Assembly: GCA_951813565.1 (NCBI GenBank)
Contig: OX638351.1
Span: 4,000,001 to 4,064,000 of the forward strand
DNA: 64,000 bases
DNA from: an uncultured Poribacteria bacterium
Lineage (GTDB): Bacteria; Poribacteria; WGA-4E; WGA-3G
Direction of reading: 5' to 3'
The notes beneath the pieces are model-generated. The model did no database searches, was not told the origin of the DNA, and saw only the letters and a program-made list of their open reading frames with translations. Position 1 is the first letter of the stretch. Each line of letters starts with the position of its first letter. The translations under genes and the position numbers were made by a program. Of this stretch, positions 19,198 through 30,091 are shown one piece after another.

Positions 19198-19917
19198 CTA
19201 CATATCTGTCGCAATCCGAAACCCAACATTATGAACCGCACGGATCGGTTCGTAAGCAGCACGATTTGCACAACGGGCAGCGAACTCACCGCGCGGCAAC
19301 CACGAACCACCCCGAATTACTTTACGTCTACCTTCAGCAGCTCCCATAGGATTTTCTGCAGGCGAGTATTTGTATGTTTCCGCATGAAACCAATCGCTGC
19401 ACCAATCATAAGCATTTCCTGCCATATCGTAGCACCCAAAAGGACTAATACCCTCTGGATAACTACCAACTGGAGTCAACTTTTTTAATTGGGATTCAGA
19501 TGTGTTTGCCTTGGTTGCGTCCCATACATTTCCCCACGGATACTCTCTGCCATCGGTGCCGCGCGCAGCTTTTTCCCATTCTGCCTCTGTCGGTAGACGA
19601 TATGTTTCCCCTGTCGTGCTGCTAAGCCATTCTAAAAAATTAGTTGCATCGGACCAACTTACACCGACAACAGGAAAATCTTTCCCGTTGAAGCGTTCAT
19701 CTACCCAATACAGTGGTTGTCTATATCCTGTTGCCTTAACAAATTGCGCGTACTGTACATTTGTAACGTGATAGATACCGATGGCGTAAGCATCCAGTGT
19801 AACGCTGCGTTGTGGTTCTTCGGGATCGGTTTTCCGCAATCCTGTTGGATAAGTTCCCATTGTAAACGGACCGGCAGGGATTTGGGCTAATGGGTAGTTG
19901 AGATGTTCTATGTGCAT
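19198..19917 (-). CDS. formylglycine-generating enzyme (FGE/SUMF1) family protein
   Basis: RLPTEAEWEKAARG, DMAGN, RGGSW and VGFRIA. Confidence 0.9.
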   Translation of the reverse strand: MHIEHLNYPLAQIPAGPFTMGTYPTGLRKTDPEEPQRSVTLDAYAIGIYHVTNVQYAQFVKATGYRQPLYWVDERFNGKDFPVVGVSWSDATNFLEWLSSTTGETYRLPTEAEWEKAARGTDGREYPWGNVWDATKANTSESQLKKLTPVGSYPEGISPFGCYDMAGNAYDWCSDWFHAETYKYSPAENPMGAAEGRRKVIRGGSWLPRGEFAARCANRAAYEPIRAVHNVGFRIATDM

Positions 19918-20090
19918 ATTAGTGCGTAGAGAATAAGGGTCAGTGTATTATTTGTCTTAGTATAACACATCTGGATGCTATTTTCAATATACCCGGAGTT
20001 CAATAATCTTATCTTATTTGACATTCATTCAGTAGATATGTTATTATTTTCACACAAAAGTATTCATCTGTTTTGGAAGAGATATAACAT

Positions 20091-20296
20091 TATAGTGGAT
20101 TTTACAATTAACTGGACATTGTCACTCGGCACGGACAAAGTGTTCTACAGTTTTAAAGTCGCGACCTGGAGGTCGCTCCCGCCAAATACCAAACGCGTAT
20201 TTAGCGTTGATTCACAAGAAGAGGCGCAATGAATTGCGCGACTACAAACGCAGCAACCTATAAAGAACTGTCCAAGTAATTTTAGATTTCACTATA
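20091..20296. mobile_element. MITE-like element with imperfect TATAGTG...CACTATA termini, carrying REPs
   Basis: Terminal inverted TATAGTG/CACTATA plus inner ACTGGACA/TGTCCAAGT. Related termini at 42563-42738, ~11095 and ~50617. Confidence 0.5.
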
Positions 20297-20378
20297 AATA
20301 TAACAGGTGAAAAATGACTACGGATATCAGTTTGGAGACATGAAACAGTATATCCTTGCAAACAGAAGGAGTTGTCCG

Positions 20379-21113
20379 ATGACAGGTGAAGAAAAATTTA
20401 AGGTAGACCTTGAAGGGTATCTGATAATTAAGAACGTATTGACAGACGATGAAGTGGCAGAGATGAACGCCTTTATTGATAAAGGTGAAACGAATAGACG
20501 ACCAAGTCTTTGGGGAGAACCGTTCAGGAAGTTAATTGACCATCCGAGAATCCTGCCATATCTTATTGAGTTGTTGGGCCCGAATGTTCGTCTGGATCAC
20601 GATTACGCCATTTTCATGGACACAGGTAGCAAAAGAGGTGGATTGCACGGTGGTGAAGACGGTGGACACGCCCGTGGAAACGTGGGGGATCACTGGTATA
20701 AATATCGGGACGGTGTGATGCGAAACGGATTATGTGTAATGACCTACAATTTGGCGGATGCTCCTGAAGGTGCAGGCGGATTTGCGTGTATTCCAGCAAG
20801 TCACAAAAGCAACTTTGCTCCAGAAATTCCGAGAGAGGTTAGACTCTTTGAGCGTCCAGCACATTATGTGGTTCAACCACCGCTTGAAGCAGGGGATGTA
20901 CTGTTTTTCACTGAAGCACTTATCCACGGCACAATGCCATGGACAGCAACGCATCAGCGCCGTGCTTTGCTATACAAATATAGTCCGGGACATTCGGCTT
21001 GGTCAGGAAATTACTACGACATTAGCCAATACGGTGAGTTGACTGAACAACAGAAGCGGATGCTCTTACCACCATCTATAGGTGGAAGACCTCGCGTTGT
21101 TGAACAGAAGTAA
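20379..21113 (+). CDS. PhyH-family Fe(II)/2-oxoglutarate oxygenase (copy 1)
   Basis: EGYLIIKNVLT, LHGG, AGDVLFFTEALIHG and RRALLYKY; start MTGEE after an AAGGAG RBS. Confidence 0.85.
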   Translation: MTGEEKFKVDLEGYLIIKNVLTDDEVAEMNAFIDKGETNRRPSLWGEPFRKLIDHPRILPYLIELLGPNVRLDHDYAIFMDTGSKRGGLHGGEDGGHARGNVGDHWYKYRDGVMRNGLCVMTYNLADAPEGAGGFACIPASHKSNFAPEIPREVRLFERPAHYVVQPPLEAGDVLFFTEALIHGTMPWTATHQRRALLYKYSPGHSAWSGNYYDISQYGELTEQQKRMLLPPSIGGRPRVVEQK

Positions 21114-21153
21114 TATTAACTGGTAACGATCACATTGAAAGGAATTAACATTC

Positions 21154-21888
21154 ATGACAGGTGAAGAGAAATTTAAGGTAGACCTTGAAGGGTATCTGAT
21201 AATTAAGAACGTATTGACAGACGATGAAGTGGCAGAGATGAACGCCTTTATTGACAAAGGTGGGATGCAAGGACCTCCAAGTCTATGGGGAGAACCGTTC
21301 AAGCGCCTCATTGACCATCCGAAAATCCTGCCATATCTTATTGAGTTGTTGGGCCCGAATGTTCGTCTGGATCACGATTACCCTATTTTTATGAATAGTG
21401 GTGATGGACGTGGTGGGCTACACGGTGGTGAAGATGGCGGGCGTCCGGGCGGTCCCGAAGGGGATCACTGGTACAAGTACCGTGACGGTGTGATGCGTAA
21501 TGGATTATGTGTTATGACATATAACCTCGCTGATGCTTCAGAAGGAGCAGGTGGATTCGCTTGTATTCCGGGAAGCCACAAAAGCAATTTTTTGAGAGAA
21601 ATCCCACCAGACGTTCGCAACTTTGAGCGTCCAGTACACTATGTCGTCCAACCAGCCCTTGGAGCGGGGGATGTACTGTTTTTCACAGAGGCTCTCGTTC
21701 ATGGTACAATGCAGTGGAAAGCGGAGCATCAACGTCGTTCTTTGTTATATAAATATAGTCCGGGACATTCGGCTTGGTCAGGAAATTACTACGACATTAG
21801 CAAGTATGGCAATTTGACCGAACAGCAAAAACGGATGCTTTTGCAACCATCAATTGGAAAGAGACCACGCGTCGTAGATACGAATTGA
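21154..21888 (+). CDS. PhyH-family Fe(II)/2-oxoglutarate oxygenase (copy 2, tandem paralog)
   Basis: Highly similar to the preceding gene. Confidence 0.85.
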   Translation: MTGEEKFKVDLEGYLIIKNVLTDDEVAEMNAFIDKGGMQGPPSLWGEPFKRLIDHPKILPYLIELLGPNVRLDHDYPIFMNSGDGRGGLHGGEDGGRPGGPEGDHWYKYRDGVMRNGLCVMTYNLADASEGAGGFACIPGSHKSNFLREIPPDVRNFERPVHYVVQPALGAGDVLFFTEALVHGTMQWKAEHQRRSLLYKYSPGHSAWSGNYYDISKYGNLTEQQKRMLLQPSIGKRPRVVDTN

Positions 21889-22305
21889 GAATGGCTTTCG
21901 GTTATAGCTGCTGTCACCTGTCGTCCCGCTGGAGCTTGTATCTGGAGGTATCACGTTCTATATACATTCCGCCCTCTTGCGCTATACACATTCATAAAAT
22001 CGGATTCATGTCCTTAAGTTGACAGTTATGTGTTTCGCTTCGCTCTACCCAACGGACAATATAAACTTTCAGTAACAATCATCAACTGATAATTCTTAAA
22101 ACTAATTAATCCTAAATCGCATTATTACATTTCGTTTTTTAATTGGCACAAACTTCCAACTATGAAATAATAAGCAAGGTCAGGTTTCTAATATCAGAAT
22201 TTAGTTTAGAATACTTGACTTCATGTGGTTTTTGGATATAATGAAAGACTTGATACTAAATTCATTTTTCAGCGTTAACGTATTTGGGAGAGGTAGCAAC
22301 ATAAT

Positions 22306-23392
22306 CAGGACTTACGCATTTTTATAAAATGGTGTATACTATTCTATTATGATTACATTTTCCCACTCTCAAAAGAAGGAAAACCTATTTTCCGATTATT
22401 GTCAGTTTTTGATAGCAAGTGTCACGAATTGGACACAAACCTACTTTGCTGCTCGGACAGAAAAATGGAGCCACGATCAACTCAATCGTTTCTTGAGAAA
22501 TGAAAACATTTCTTCAAGCGAACTCTGGCAATCCGTAAAGGATGACATTGAGTATGATGAAGGATACATAGTTTTTGATGATTTTGTGCTTCCTAAACTC
22601 CATGCCAAAGAGATTGAAGCCCTTCGTTCTCAATGGAGTGATAGCGACAAAAAAGTCGTTGTAGGCATCGGTATTGTCACGTGTCTTTATGTCAATCCAA
22701 AGACGCAAGAATATTGGATCATTGATTATCGTATTTTTGACAAAGATCATGATGGTAAAACCAAAATAGACCATTTACTGGAAATGTTGCACAATGTCTA
22801 CTTGAAAAAACAACTCCCGTTTCGGACTGTGCTCATGGATGCTTGGTATGCGTCAATGAAAGTCATCAAAGCGATTGAAAAACTTTCCAAGATTTACTAT
22901 GTGCCTCTCAAGCGTAATCGTCTTGTCAATGATACGGATGGTGTTGAACAACACCAACAAGTCCAAGATTTATGTTGGACCCAAACAGAAATACGACAAG
23001 GAAAACGAGTGCACATCAATAAGTTTCCAAATGGACATCAAGTGAAGTTGTTCCGGATAGCGTCCTCTAACGGACACACGGTATATATCGCTACAAACGA
23101 TTTATCTCAATCAGATGCGGATGCCACAATCCAAGAATGTAAAGTGCGTTGGAAGATTGAGCAATTTCATCGTGAGATCAAACAAGTCACTGGTATTGGT
23201 AAATGTCAATGTCGCAAGTTGCGTGCGCAAAGAAATCATATTGCGTGTTGTTTTCAAGTATGGGTCTGTTTGGCACGCACTGCCCGTGCAGTTGGTAGAA
23301 CAATTTATGAGCTTAAAGATAGCTTATTGGACGATTATTTACGACATCAACTCTCAAATCCTTCAATAATCTTCAAGACTGCGTAAGTCCTG
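22306..23392 (+). mobile_element. IS701-family insertion sequence (transposase 22349-23386)
   Basis: TIR CAGGACTTACGCA at both ends; DDE motifs FDD, MDAWYA and RWKIEQFHREIKQ. Confidence 0.85.
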
Positions 23393-23398
23393 GAGAAA

Positions 23399-26383
23399 TT
23401 AATTTCGTGCTTCAGGAGTGACTTTAAGTTTCACCTGTTTCCCATCACGCATCACAACGATCTCAACTGGTTCACCAATTTTCACAGCATCAAGGGCATA
23501 GGTTAAATCATAGATATTTTCAATCTTTTTCGTGCCGAGTTCAACGATGACATCACCGCCCTTTAAACCTGCTTTATCTGCAGGACCGCCAGCGACAACG
23601 CCAGAGAGTTTAACACCAACGTCTTCAGTGGTATAATCAGGAATAGTCCCCAAATATGCACGTAACGTTCCACGACTTCCCTGCTCAGGCTTGTTCCGCT
23701 CCACTTTTACGTATTCTGGTCGCGTGTCCGCGCTAATTAGGTCTGAAACAATCCCATAAGCCAGACTTGAGATACGTTCCAAGCCAGCATAGTTGAGGGT
23801 TTCAGCATCATCTGTCGGACGGTTATAGTTCTTGTGTAAACCGGTGAAGAAACTGAGGACAGGAACGTTTTTCGGATAGAAGGCTGTCACATCTGTTGGC
23901 AGATACGGGTCTTTTTGTAGTGCCAGATTAAAACCGACAAGCACATTACGTTTTTCAATTAACTTTGTCCAAATAGGTGAAGATCCGATACCTTGCAGGA
24001 CAAGCTTATTTTTACGGAGACGTCCCACCATATCAAAGTTAATGTAGGCAGCAACATCGTTTAAAGGAAGCACTGGATCATTTACAAAATGAGTAGACCC
24101 AATGAGTCCGAGCTCTTCACCCGACCATAACGCAAAGATAACGCCTCTCTTAAATTTTTCTGGCTGATTTTGACGTTCTTCACTAAACATCTCTGCTAAT
24201 TTTAATATAACAGCAGTGCCTGAAGCGTTATCATCAGCACCGTTATGGATTTGTCCTTTTTCTTCATCTTTCGCGAGTGATCCAATCTCTCCATAGCCGA
24301 TATGATCGTAGTGTGCACCAACGATGATGTATTCACTGTCTTCAATCTGATGGGTTGGCGGGAGCATCGCGAGGACATTATTATCCGTTTTCTTAATCTT
24401 TTCAATGGAAGCAGTTATCTTGATTTTGACATCGGGTAACGGAAATTGTCCGACAAAGTGCGGATTCTCGTCGTCAAGTCCAGTTTGAACCTCTTTCAAG
24501 TTTTTGCCTGCTTGTGCTAATAGGGTATTTGCTACAGTATGGGTAATAGAACCAGCGACTATGCCAGAATCAGCACTGCCACTGTCAAAATTAAGTGGGA
24601 TTATCTTACCTGCGTTTGGTGAATTCGGACCGGCAACGGTAAGGAACGCTTTTGCACCGTTTTCCCGCGCTTGCACTGCCTTATAGCGGATTCCCGCATA
24701 CCGAATCAATTGCTGTCGGCGTTCAGCCTTCACGCCTTCTGGAACGTAGCGAAGTGCGACAACAATCTTATCCTTCACATCTATACCAACATAAGAATTA
24801 TATCCTTCGCTTGTTTCTCCAGGGACGACTAACCCATATCCAACAAACACGACTTCACCCTCAACGACACCATTGCTTGAAAAAGAGAGCGGTAAAAAAT
24901 CATGCTCTACCTTGAATTCAAGTTGCTCTTCAGACTTCTCTATTTTGCGTGTGATATGGAAACGGTTTTCATTTGGTATAATTTTTCTGCCTGCTGTGAA
25001 CTCAAAAGTTTGGAAATAACCGCCTTCCTCACCAGCAGGTTGGAGGTTGAGTTTGGTAAATTGATCAACGATGTAATCTGCAGCGCGTTTTGCACCTTTG
25101 GAACCGGTCATCCTACCTTCTAAAGCATCGTCTGCCAAGAATTCAACGTGCCGCTGAATACTGCCTTTGATTTCATCGGCAAAGTCGGTAAAAGACGAGT
25201 CGGGTTCGGACTCCTCTACAGCTGGTTCTGGAGTTCTTGAAATTGAACGCCTCGGTGAAATAGCGATTGCTTCTAATGCAGCTTCGTGATCCCACGATGC
25301 AAGATAGAGTTGCGAAACATTTTGATTGTTACGGTTAGATGTCCAACACAAGCGGTTGCCATCTGGTGAAAAAACAGGCAGTCCATCAAAACCATCAGTC
25401 GAGGTAACTTGAACGGGTTCATGTCTTCCGTTTGCGTCTACGAGATATAACTCAAAATTGGAAAATCCAAGTTTGTTAGAAGCAAAAATTACATAAGCTC
25501 CACTTGGATGAAAATAAGGTGCCCATGACATGCTATCGAAATCTGTCAAACGTTTCACACCTGATCCATCCAAGCGCATTGTATAGATGTCTGCAGTGCT
25601 TCCATCTTGTGAAAAATGCCGCCAGACGATATGTTGCCCATCAGGTGTAAAGAAAGGGCCGCCATCGTATCCGGGTGAATCTGTCAAACGTTTCTGGTTG
25701 GAACCATCAGCATTCATGATATAAATTTCACCGAAATATGCAGGATCAACTTCAAGCTGCTTGAGGTCCTTTGGGGAGAGTTCGCTTTTTGGATATGCGT
25801 CCCGCAGCGAGCAGAAAACGATATATTTTCCATCAGGTGAATATGAACCTTCAGCATCATAGCCATGCGCGTCTGTCAGCTGTGTTAGATTGCTTCCATC
25901 ACGGTTAGCGGAGAAGATGTCCATCGCTTCATCGTAATCCCAGCTATAGCGGCGTTCTTTGCCAGATTCTCGGAAATTGAGTTCCTCCTCCTGCTTTGCT
26001 TGCGCAAATACATCGTGATGTGTGGAGGCGTAAAGCACTTCATCGGAACCAGGGCGAAAGAAAGCGCACGTTGTTTTTCCAACACCAGGTGAAACGCGAT
26101 GCGTATCTCCTGTCAGTAGGTTGAGAAGATAAATTTGATAGAATGGGTTGTCCGGTTCGCGTTCACTTTGAAAGATCAGTGCGTTTCCATCTTCAGAGAA
26201 ATAGCCTTCTCCAGCACGTTTCCCGTCATAAGTGAGTTGTCGGATATTACTTAGAAATCGTGCCTCTCCAGCAGACTTGGTATCTGTTTCGTTTCCAGTA
26301 GCATCAGGTAATTCCGCGTTACTCGTTAGAGAAACAGCAATCAATATCGCGGATAACAGACTGATCCATTTGATGCGGTGCAT
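23399..26383 (-). CDS. secreted M28 peptidase with PD40/TolB-like propeller, PA and PDZ domains
   Basis: PFFTPDG repeats, GAHYDHIG, NGADDNASG, SGEELGL and C-terminal PDZ GPADKAGLKGGD. Confidence 0.9.
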   Translation of the reverse strand: MHRIKWISLLSAILIAVSLTSNAELPDATGNETDTKSAGEARFLSNIRQLTYDGKRAGEGYFSEDGNALIFQSEREPDNPFYQIYLLNLLTGDTHRVSPGVGKTTCAFFRPGSDEVLYASTHHDVFAQAKQEEELNFRESGKERRYSWDYDEAMDIFSANRDGSNLTQLTDAHGYDAEGSYSPDGKYIVFCSLRDAYPKSELSPKDLKQLEVDPAYFGEIYIMNADGSNQKRLTDSPGYDGGPFFTPDGQHIVWRHFSQDGSTADIYTMRLDGSGVKRLTDFDSMSWAPYFHPSGAYVIFASNKLGFSNFELYLVDANGRHEPVQVTSTDGFDGLPVFSPDGNRLCWTSNRNNQNVSQLYLASWDHEAALEAIAISPRRSISRTPEPAVEESEPDSSFTDFADEIKGSIQRHVEFLADDALEGRMTGSKGAKRAADYIVDQFTKLNLQPAGEEGGYFQTFEFTAGRKIIPNENRFHITRKIEKSEEQLEFKVEHDFLPLSFSSNGVVEGEVVFVGYGLVVPGETSEGYNSYVGIDVKDKIVVALRYVPEGVKAERRQQLIRYAGIRYKAVQARENGAKAFLTVAGPNSPNAGKIIPLNFDSGSADSGIVAGSITHTVANTLLAQAGKNLKEVQTGLDDENPHFVGQFPLPDVKIKITASIEKIKKTDNNVLAMLPPTHQIEDSEYIIVGAHYDHIGYGEIGSLAKDEEKGQIHNGADDNASGTAVILKLAEMFSEERQNQPEKFKRGVIFALWSGEELGLIGSTHFVNDPVLPLNDVAAYINFDMVGRLRKNKLVLQGIGSSPIWTKLIEKRNVLVGFNLALQKDPYLPTDVTAFYPKNVPVLSFFTGLHKNYNRPTDDAETLNYAGLERISSLAYGIVSDLISADTRPEYVKVERNKPEQGSRGTLRAYLGTIPDYTTEDVGVKLSGVVAGGPADKAGLKGGDVIVELGTKKIENIYDLTYALDAVKIGEPVEIVVMRDGKQVKLKVTPEARN

Positions 26384-26515
26384 CTCAATTCCTCCATTTT
26401 GGTTTAACTTTATATGAGGGCGTGCATAAATATTTGGCGCATCAACACAGACAGGGACAGACGCCAGGTGCCGCTTGATTTATAGAAATGCGTTTGTAGT
26501 CGCGCAATTCATTGC

Positions 26516-26644
26516 CAAATCAACGCAGCATGCGCCAAATCAAGAAATCAACGGTATGAATCATGGCGAATGCCAAAAGCGCATTCGTCTTTAGTCATTC
26601 ACCGGGTCCGAATGCCTTATGGCATTCCCCGTGTGGCATGCTGC
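26516..26644 (+). repeat. nested AATCAAC-hairpin micro-elements inside a GTAG REP
   Basis: The REP GTAGTCGCGCAATTCATTGC|GCCTC is split by this insert. Empty REP at 20221-20245 and ~59855; single 34-bp insert at 50766-50799. Confidence 0.75.
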
Positions 26645-27196
26645 GCCTCTTTGAACTTGTGGACGGAAACCCACGGCGTGTGCGGACTACCTTTAAGCGC
26701 ATATTTAACATCGGAATTATTTATGCACACCCCTCACTTTATTATAGAATCCTTTTTGAGTTCGGTAATTGTGCAGTATGTCGTAGGTTGGGTAGAGCGG
26801 TAAACAAAGTACTATTGTGTTTCCACGGAGTGTTACTATATATTCAGGAGCATTCGCATGGTTAGATATAGCGAAACCCAATCAACGCTATGAATGCCTT
26901 TTGGCGGAATACGCTTTTGGTATTCCGCATGATTCAGCCAAATCAACGTCAAATGCGCTTTTGGCATTTGGCGGGTGTCAATTTAGCGGTTCGCCACCTT
27001 AGTAGGCGCGTTTGTAAACGCGCCGTTAGACAATCTTTAGCACAGATATAGCGCGTTTACAAACGCGCCTACCTTTGGGTAATAAATTGGGCTTAGAAAG
27101 CCCTCCCACAAGAAAATCAGGCACTAAATTGATGGCTGTGGGTTCTACTTCGTTCAACCCAACCTACACGCTCTCACACTCAAATTATTGTACTTG

Positions 27197-28048
27197 TTAT
27201 AAATGCTCATCCGCCTTCTGTTTGAGGAAGGCAAGCCCATCCGTAGCAAGACTTTCGGCACTGGGTGCAATATCGCGCCAGATACATGTTGCAGCGGCAA
27301 TCTCCTTAACAGCAGGCGTGAACGACTCAATCACAAGCCATCTGTCGTAGCTTACCTTTGCGAGTGCACCAAATACACCATCCCAATCAACAAGTCCTGT
27401 GCCGGGAGTTCCGCGGTCATTTTCACAACAGTGCATGTGATGCAAGTAATCCCCAGTATTGATAATCGCGTCCGCCTGATTCTTCTCTTCAATATTCATG
27501 TGAAATGTGTCCAGATGCACTTTGAAATATGGACTACCCACCGCTTTACAAAGCTTGACAGCATCTTCTGCGATATTGACAAAATAGGTTTCAAATCGAT
27601 TGAGCGGTTCACTTGCAAGCGTGACACCGTGCTTCCCACCGAATTCGGCTACATCTTGTAAACCTTCAACGCACCATTCCCATTCCTGTTCGTTTCTACC
27701 ACGTCCAACAAGTTTGCCGACAGCACTGTACATAGGACCTACAAGCGTATCAGCACCCAATTCTGCAATTACCTCAATTGTGCGCTTGAGATAAGTAACC
27801 CCGTTTTCACGGATTGCGGGGTCTTCGTCAATTGGATTCCTATCGCCTGCCATGATATTACATCCGATGGTTTCTAAACCGGTATCCTTTAGTAATGCTT
27901 GCGTGTACGGAATGTCCACCGTCTCCGGATCAAAGATTGGGATTTCTACTCCATCAAAACCCAATTCAGCAACTTTCGGAATAAGATCAGCAGTTTCTTT
28001 GTCAAACTTATCTGCCCACAGCAATAAATTTACACCAAACTTTGGCAT
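27197..28048 (-). CDS. D-tagatose/D-psicose 3-epimerase-like sugar epimerase
   Basis: EPLNRFET, LDTFHMNIEE, ENDRGTPG and IESF. Confidence 0.88.
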   Translation of the reverse strand: MPKFGVNLLLWADKFDKETADLIPKVAELGFDGVEIPIFDPETVDIPYTQALLKDTGLETIGCNIMAGDRNPIDEDPAIRENGVTYLKRTIEVIAELGADTLVGPMYSAVGKLVGRGRNEQEWEWCVEGLQDVAEFGGKHGVTLASEPLNRFETYFVNIAEDAVKLCKAVGSPYFKVHLDTFHMNIEEKNQADAIINTGDYLHHMHCCENDRGTPGTGLVDWDGVFGALAKVSYDRWLVIESFTPAVKEIAAATCIWRDIAPSAESLATDGLAFLKQKADEHL

Positions 28049-28127
28049 TTTTTGTTATTCTCCTTATCGTCTATTTTTTGGTAGTTTAGCACAAATTGCA
28101 AAGCACTTCAACGTGAATGTATCAGGT

Positions 28128-28284
28128 GGGTGTGTAAAGTTTTTGTAGAAATCCGCACAACTCCTATTGTAGGGGCGGGTCTCCGGGGAATGCCTTATGG
28201 CATTCCCCGGGACCCCGCTCTACAGTGGAAAACGCCGCGTAATCATTGCAAATTGAACCTATGTAACCAAATATTTACACACCC
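28128..28284. mobile_element. MITE sharing ends with the ISKra4-like IS, 9-bp TSD
   Basis: TIR GGGTGTGTAAA; flanked by the direct repeat GTATCAGGT (28119-28127 and 28285-28293). Confidence 0.85.
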
Positions 28285-28315
28285 GTATCAGGTCATTTAG
28301 CGTAGAAACTATGTA

Positions 28316-30091
28316 TTAATCCGGATTATACTCAGACGCCAACACATAAAAGAATTGGCAAATTGTCTTTTCATCAGATAACTCAGAATTACGCTGATTT
28401 TCTGAATCTTCCTGCATATCAAATTCCAATTGTGAACCTGCCGGTAAGAAAATAGGCTCGCGGTAATGGTAAATATCCAACCATTGATTCAGCCATGCAA
28501 TGCGAGATTCCTTCACCCATAGCATCTTAATGTGTTCACCCGTGGGAGTTATGGCAACAACCCGCAGCCCCTGTTTATCCACATACAATGGTGAAAATAC
28601 TGCGAACACATAGGCATCGTTTTTAAATTCATAAGATAAATCAGCCTCTTGCTGATTAGCATCGTCATAGTTCGTCAGGGTTGCCTTGTGTAACCGTGCT
28701 GTTTCTGGTGTATTAGAAAAATAGAGGCTTAATTGTAAGTTTTCGCGTTCCTGACGGTCAGAGCCTTTGTATAACACATTTAGAATAATTTGACCACCCT
28801 TTGGTAGCAGATATCCCACCCCTTCAGGCAGAACAGTAGGCGTAAAACCTGGTGCCCAAGTTCCAAGTCTCACATCAACAGTGTGATTTTGATTGGTCTG
28901 TGCATTTAAATTAAACTGGTTGCCATCAGGTTTAACATTTCGCTGCGTTTTGAGGTATGTTGTAATACGGCGCGTCATCTTTGTATTTTTAGACTGAAAA
29001 TCGATCCCTCGCACAAACACATCTTTCCCAAAATCTGTTTGGATGGTGATAGTGAGCGATGCGTGTTTTCCTGCAGTCAACTCTTTAAAGATAATTGGGA
29101 TCTCTTTTTGCATATCCGGTTCTCCGAGTACCCATGTTTCTGAAGATTGCGCTACAAGTAAATCATTGATTTTAGGACCCGCTGGTGTGTCGGCATTAAC
29201 CCAATTTGCTATCATCTCAATTTCGGTATCTGTGAGTCTCAGTTCATTCTTGAATTTGCCGTAACTCTGCCCCAATCTCCACGGTGGCATCAGGCGCTTT
29301 TGTGTCTGTTCAGCGATTTTGGCTGCATGTGCTTTCGCATCGTCATAATCCTCAAGCGCGAACGGTGCAATCCCATCCTGATGGTGACAGGTAAGACAAT
29401 TTTTTTGGAGTATCGGTGCAATGTGTTCGCTATAGGTTATCTGTTTTTCAATGGGCAAGTCAGGAAGATGGATTGTGCAACCGAATGCCGCCGTTTCCTT
29501 CACAGACACAGGTTTTCCATCAAGAAGTGCAACTACAGCATCTTTCAAGTAATGATGTTTTATCCGTGTTTCATATCGATTATCGTCAATTGGACCACGG
29601 TAGCGGAGAACACCAGTTTTGTCAATAAGATGTACTTGCGGAGTCATCGTTGCCCCGAGATGGCGCGCCAAACTGCCATCTTTATCCTTCACAATCGGAA
29701 ATGTGAATTCTGCTCTTGCAATATATGCCTTGACATCATCTACCGAGTCGTTTTCGTTGGAATAGACACCGATAATGGTAACCTGTTTATCGGCAAATTC
29801 AGCGTGCATCCGCTTTAAGCGCATCGCGTATCTTTGGGCGACAGGACATTCTGTAGAGAGAAACACAAAGACGACTGGGCCTTGTTGTAGAAGTGAGGAT
29901 AAGGCGTGTGTGTTCCCTTGCAGTGTCGGAAAAGTAATATCCGAGAACTCGGTGCCGATTGGTACACTAAGAGATTGTGGCGATTTCTCTTGAATGACAC
30001 GGTGTTTTTTCGGTATCGTATAGTCTGTTTGTGCGTGTGCTGCTATTGGTATAAAAAAAATCAGTATAAGAATTGCAATTTTGTGATTCAT
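28316..30091 (-). CDS. secreted redoxin + cytochrome c-like + degenerate Cu-monooxygenase-like multidomain protein
   Basis: Signal peptide MNHKIAIL, AhpC/TSA FLSTECPVA, YRGPIDD, CLTCH and MPPW; likely start 30091. Confidence 0.75.
   Translation of the reverse strand: MNHKIAILILIFFIPIAAHAQTDYTIPKKHRVIQEKSPQSLSVPIGTEFSDITFPTLQGNTHALSSLLQQGPVVFVFLSTECPVAQRYAMRLKRMHAEFADKQVTIIGVYSNENDSVDDVKAYIARAEFTFPIVKDKDGSLARHLGATMTPQVHLIDKTGVLRYRGPIDDNRYETRIKHHYLKDAVVALLDGKPVSVKETAAFGCTIHLPDLPIEKQITYSEHIAPILQKNCLTCHHQDGIAPFALEDYDDAKAHAAKIAEQTQKRLMPPWRLGQSYGKFKNELRLTDTEIEMIANWVNADTPAGPKINDLLVAQSSETWVLGEPDMQKEIPIIFKELTAGKHASLTITIQTDFGKDVFVRGIDFQSKNTKMTRRITTYLKTQRNVKPDGNQFNLNAQTNQNHTVDVRLGTWAPGFTPTVLPEGVGYLLPKGGQIILNVLYKGSDRQERENLQLSLYFSNTPETARLHKATLTNYDDANQQEADLSYEFKNDAYVFAVFSPLYVDKQGLRVVAITPTGEHIKMLWVKESRIAWLNQWLDIYHYREPIFLPAGSQLEFDMQEDSENQRNSELSDEKTICQFFYVLASEYNPD

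Noticed and set aside
26563..27002. Small ORFs sharing RVACCA-like peptides (also 9987-10172 and 50634-50864; related repeat-derived ORF 44508-44750)
   Set aside because: The similarity comes from translating the same non-coding palindromic repeats.
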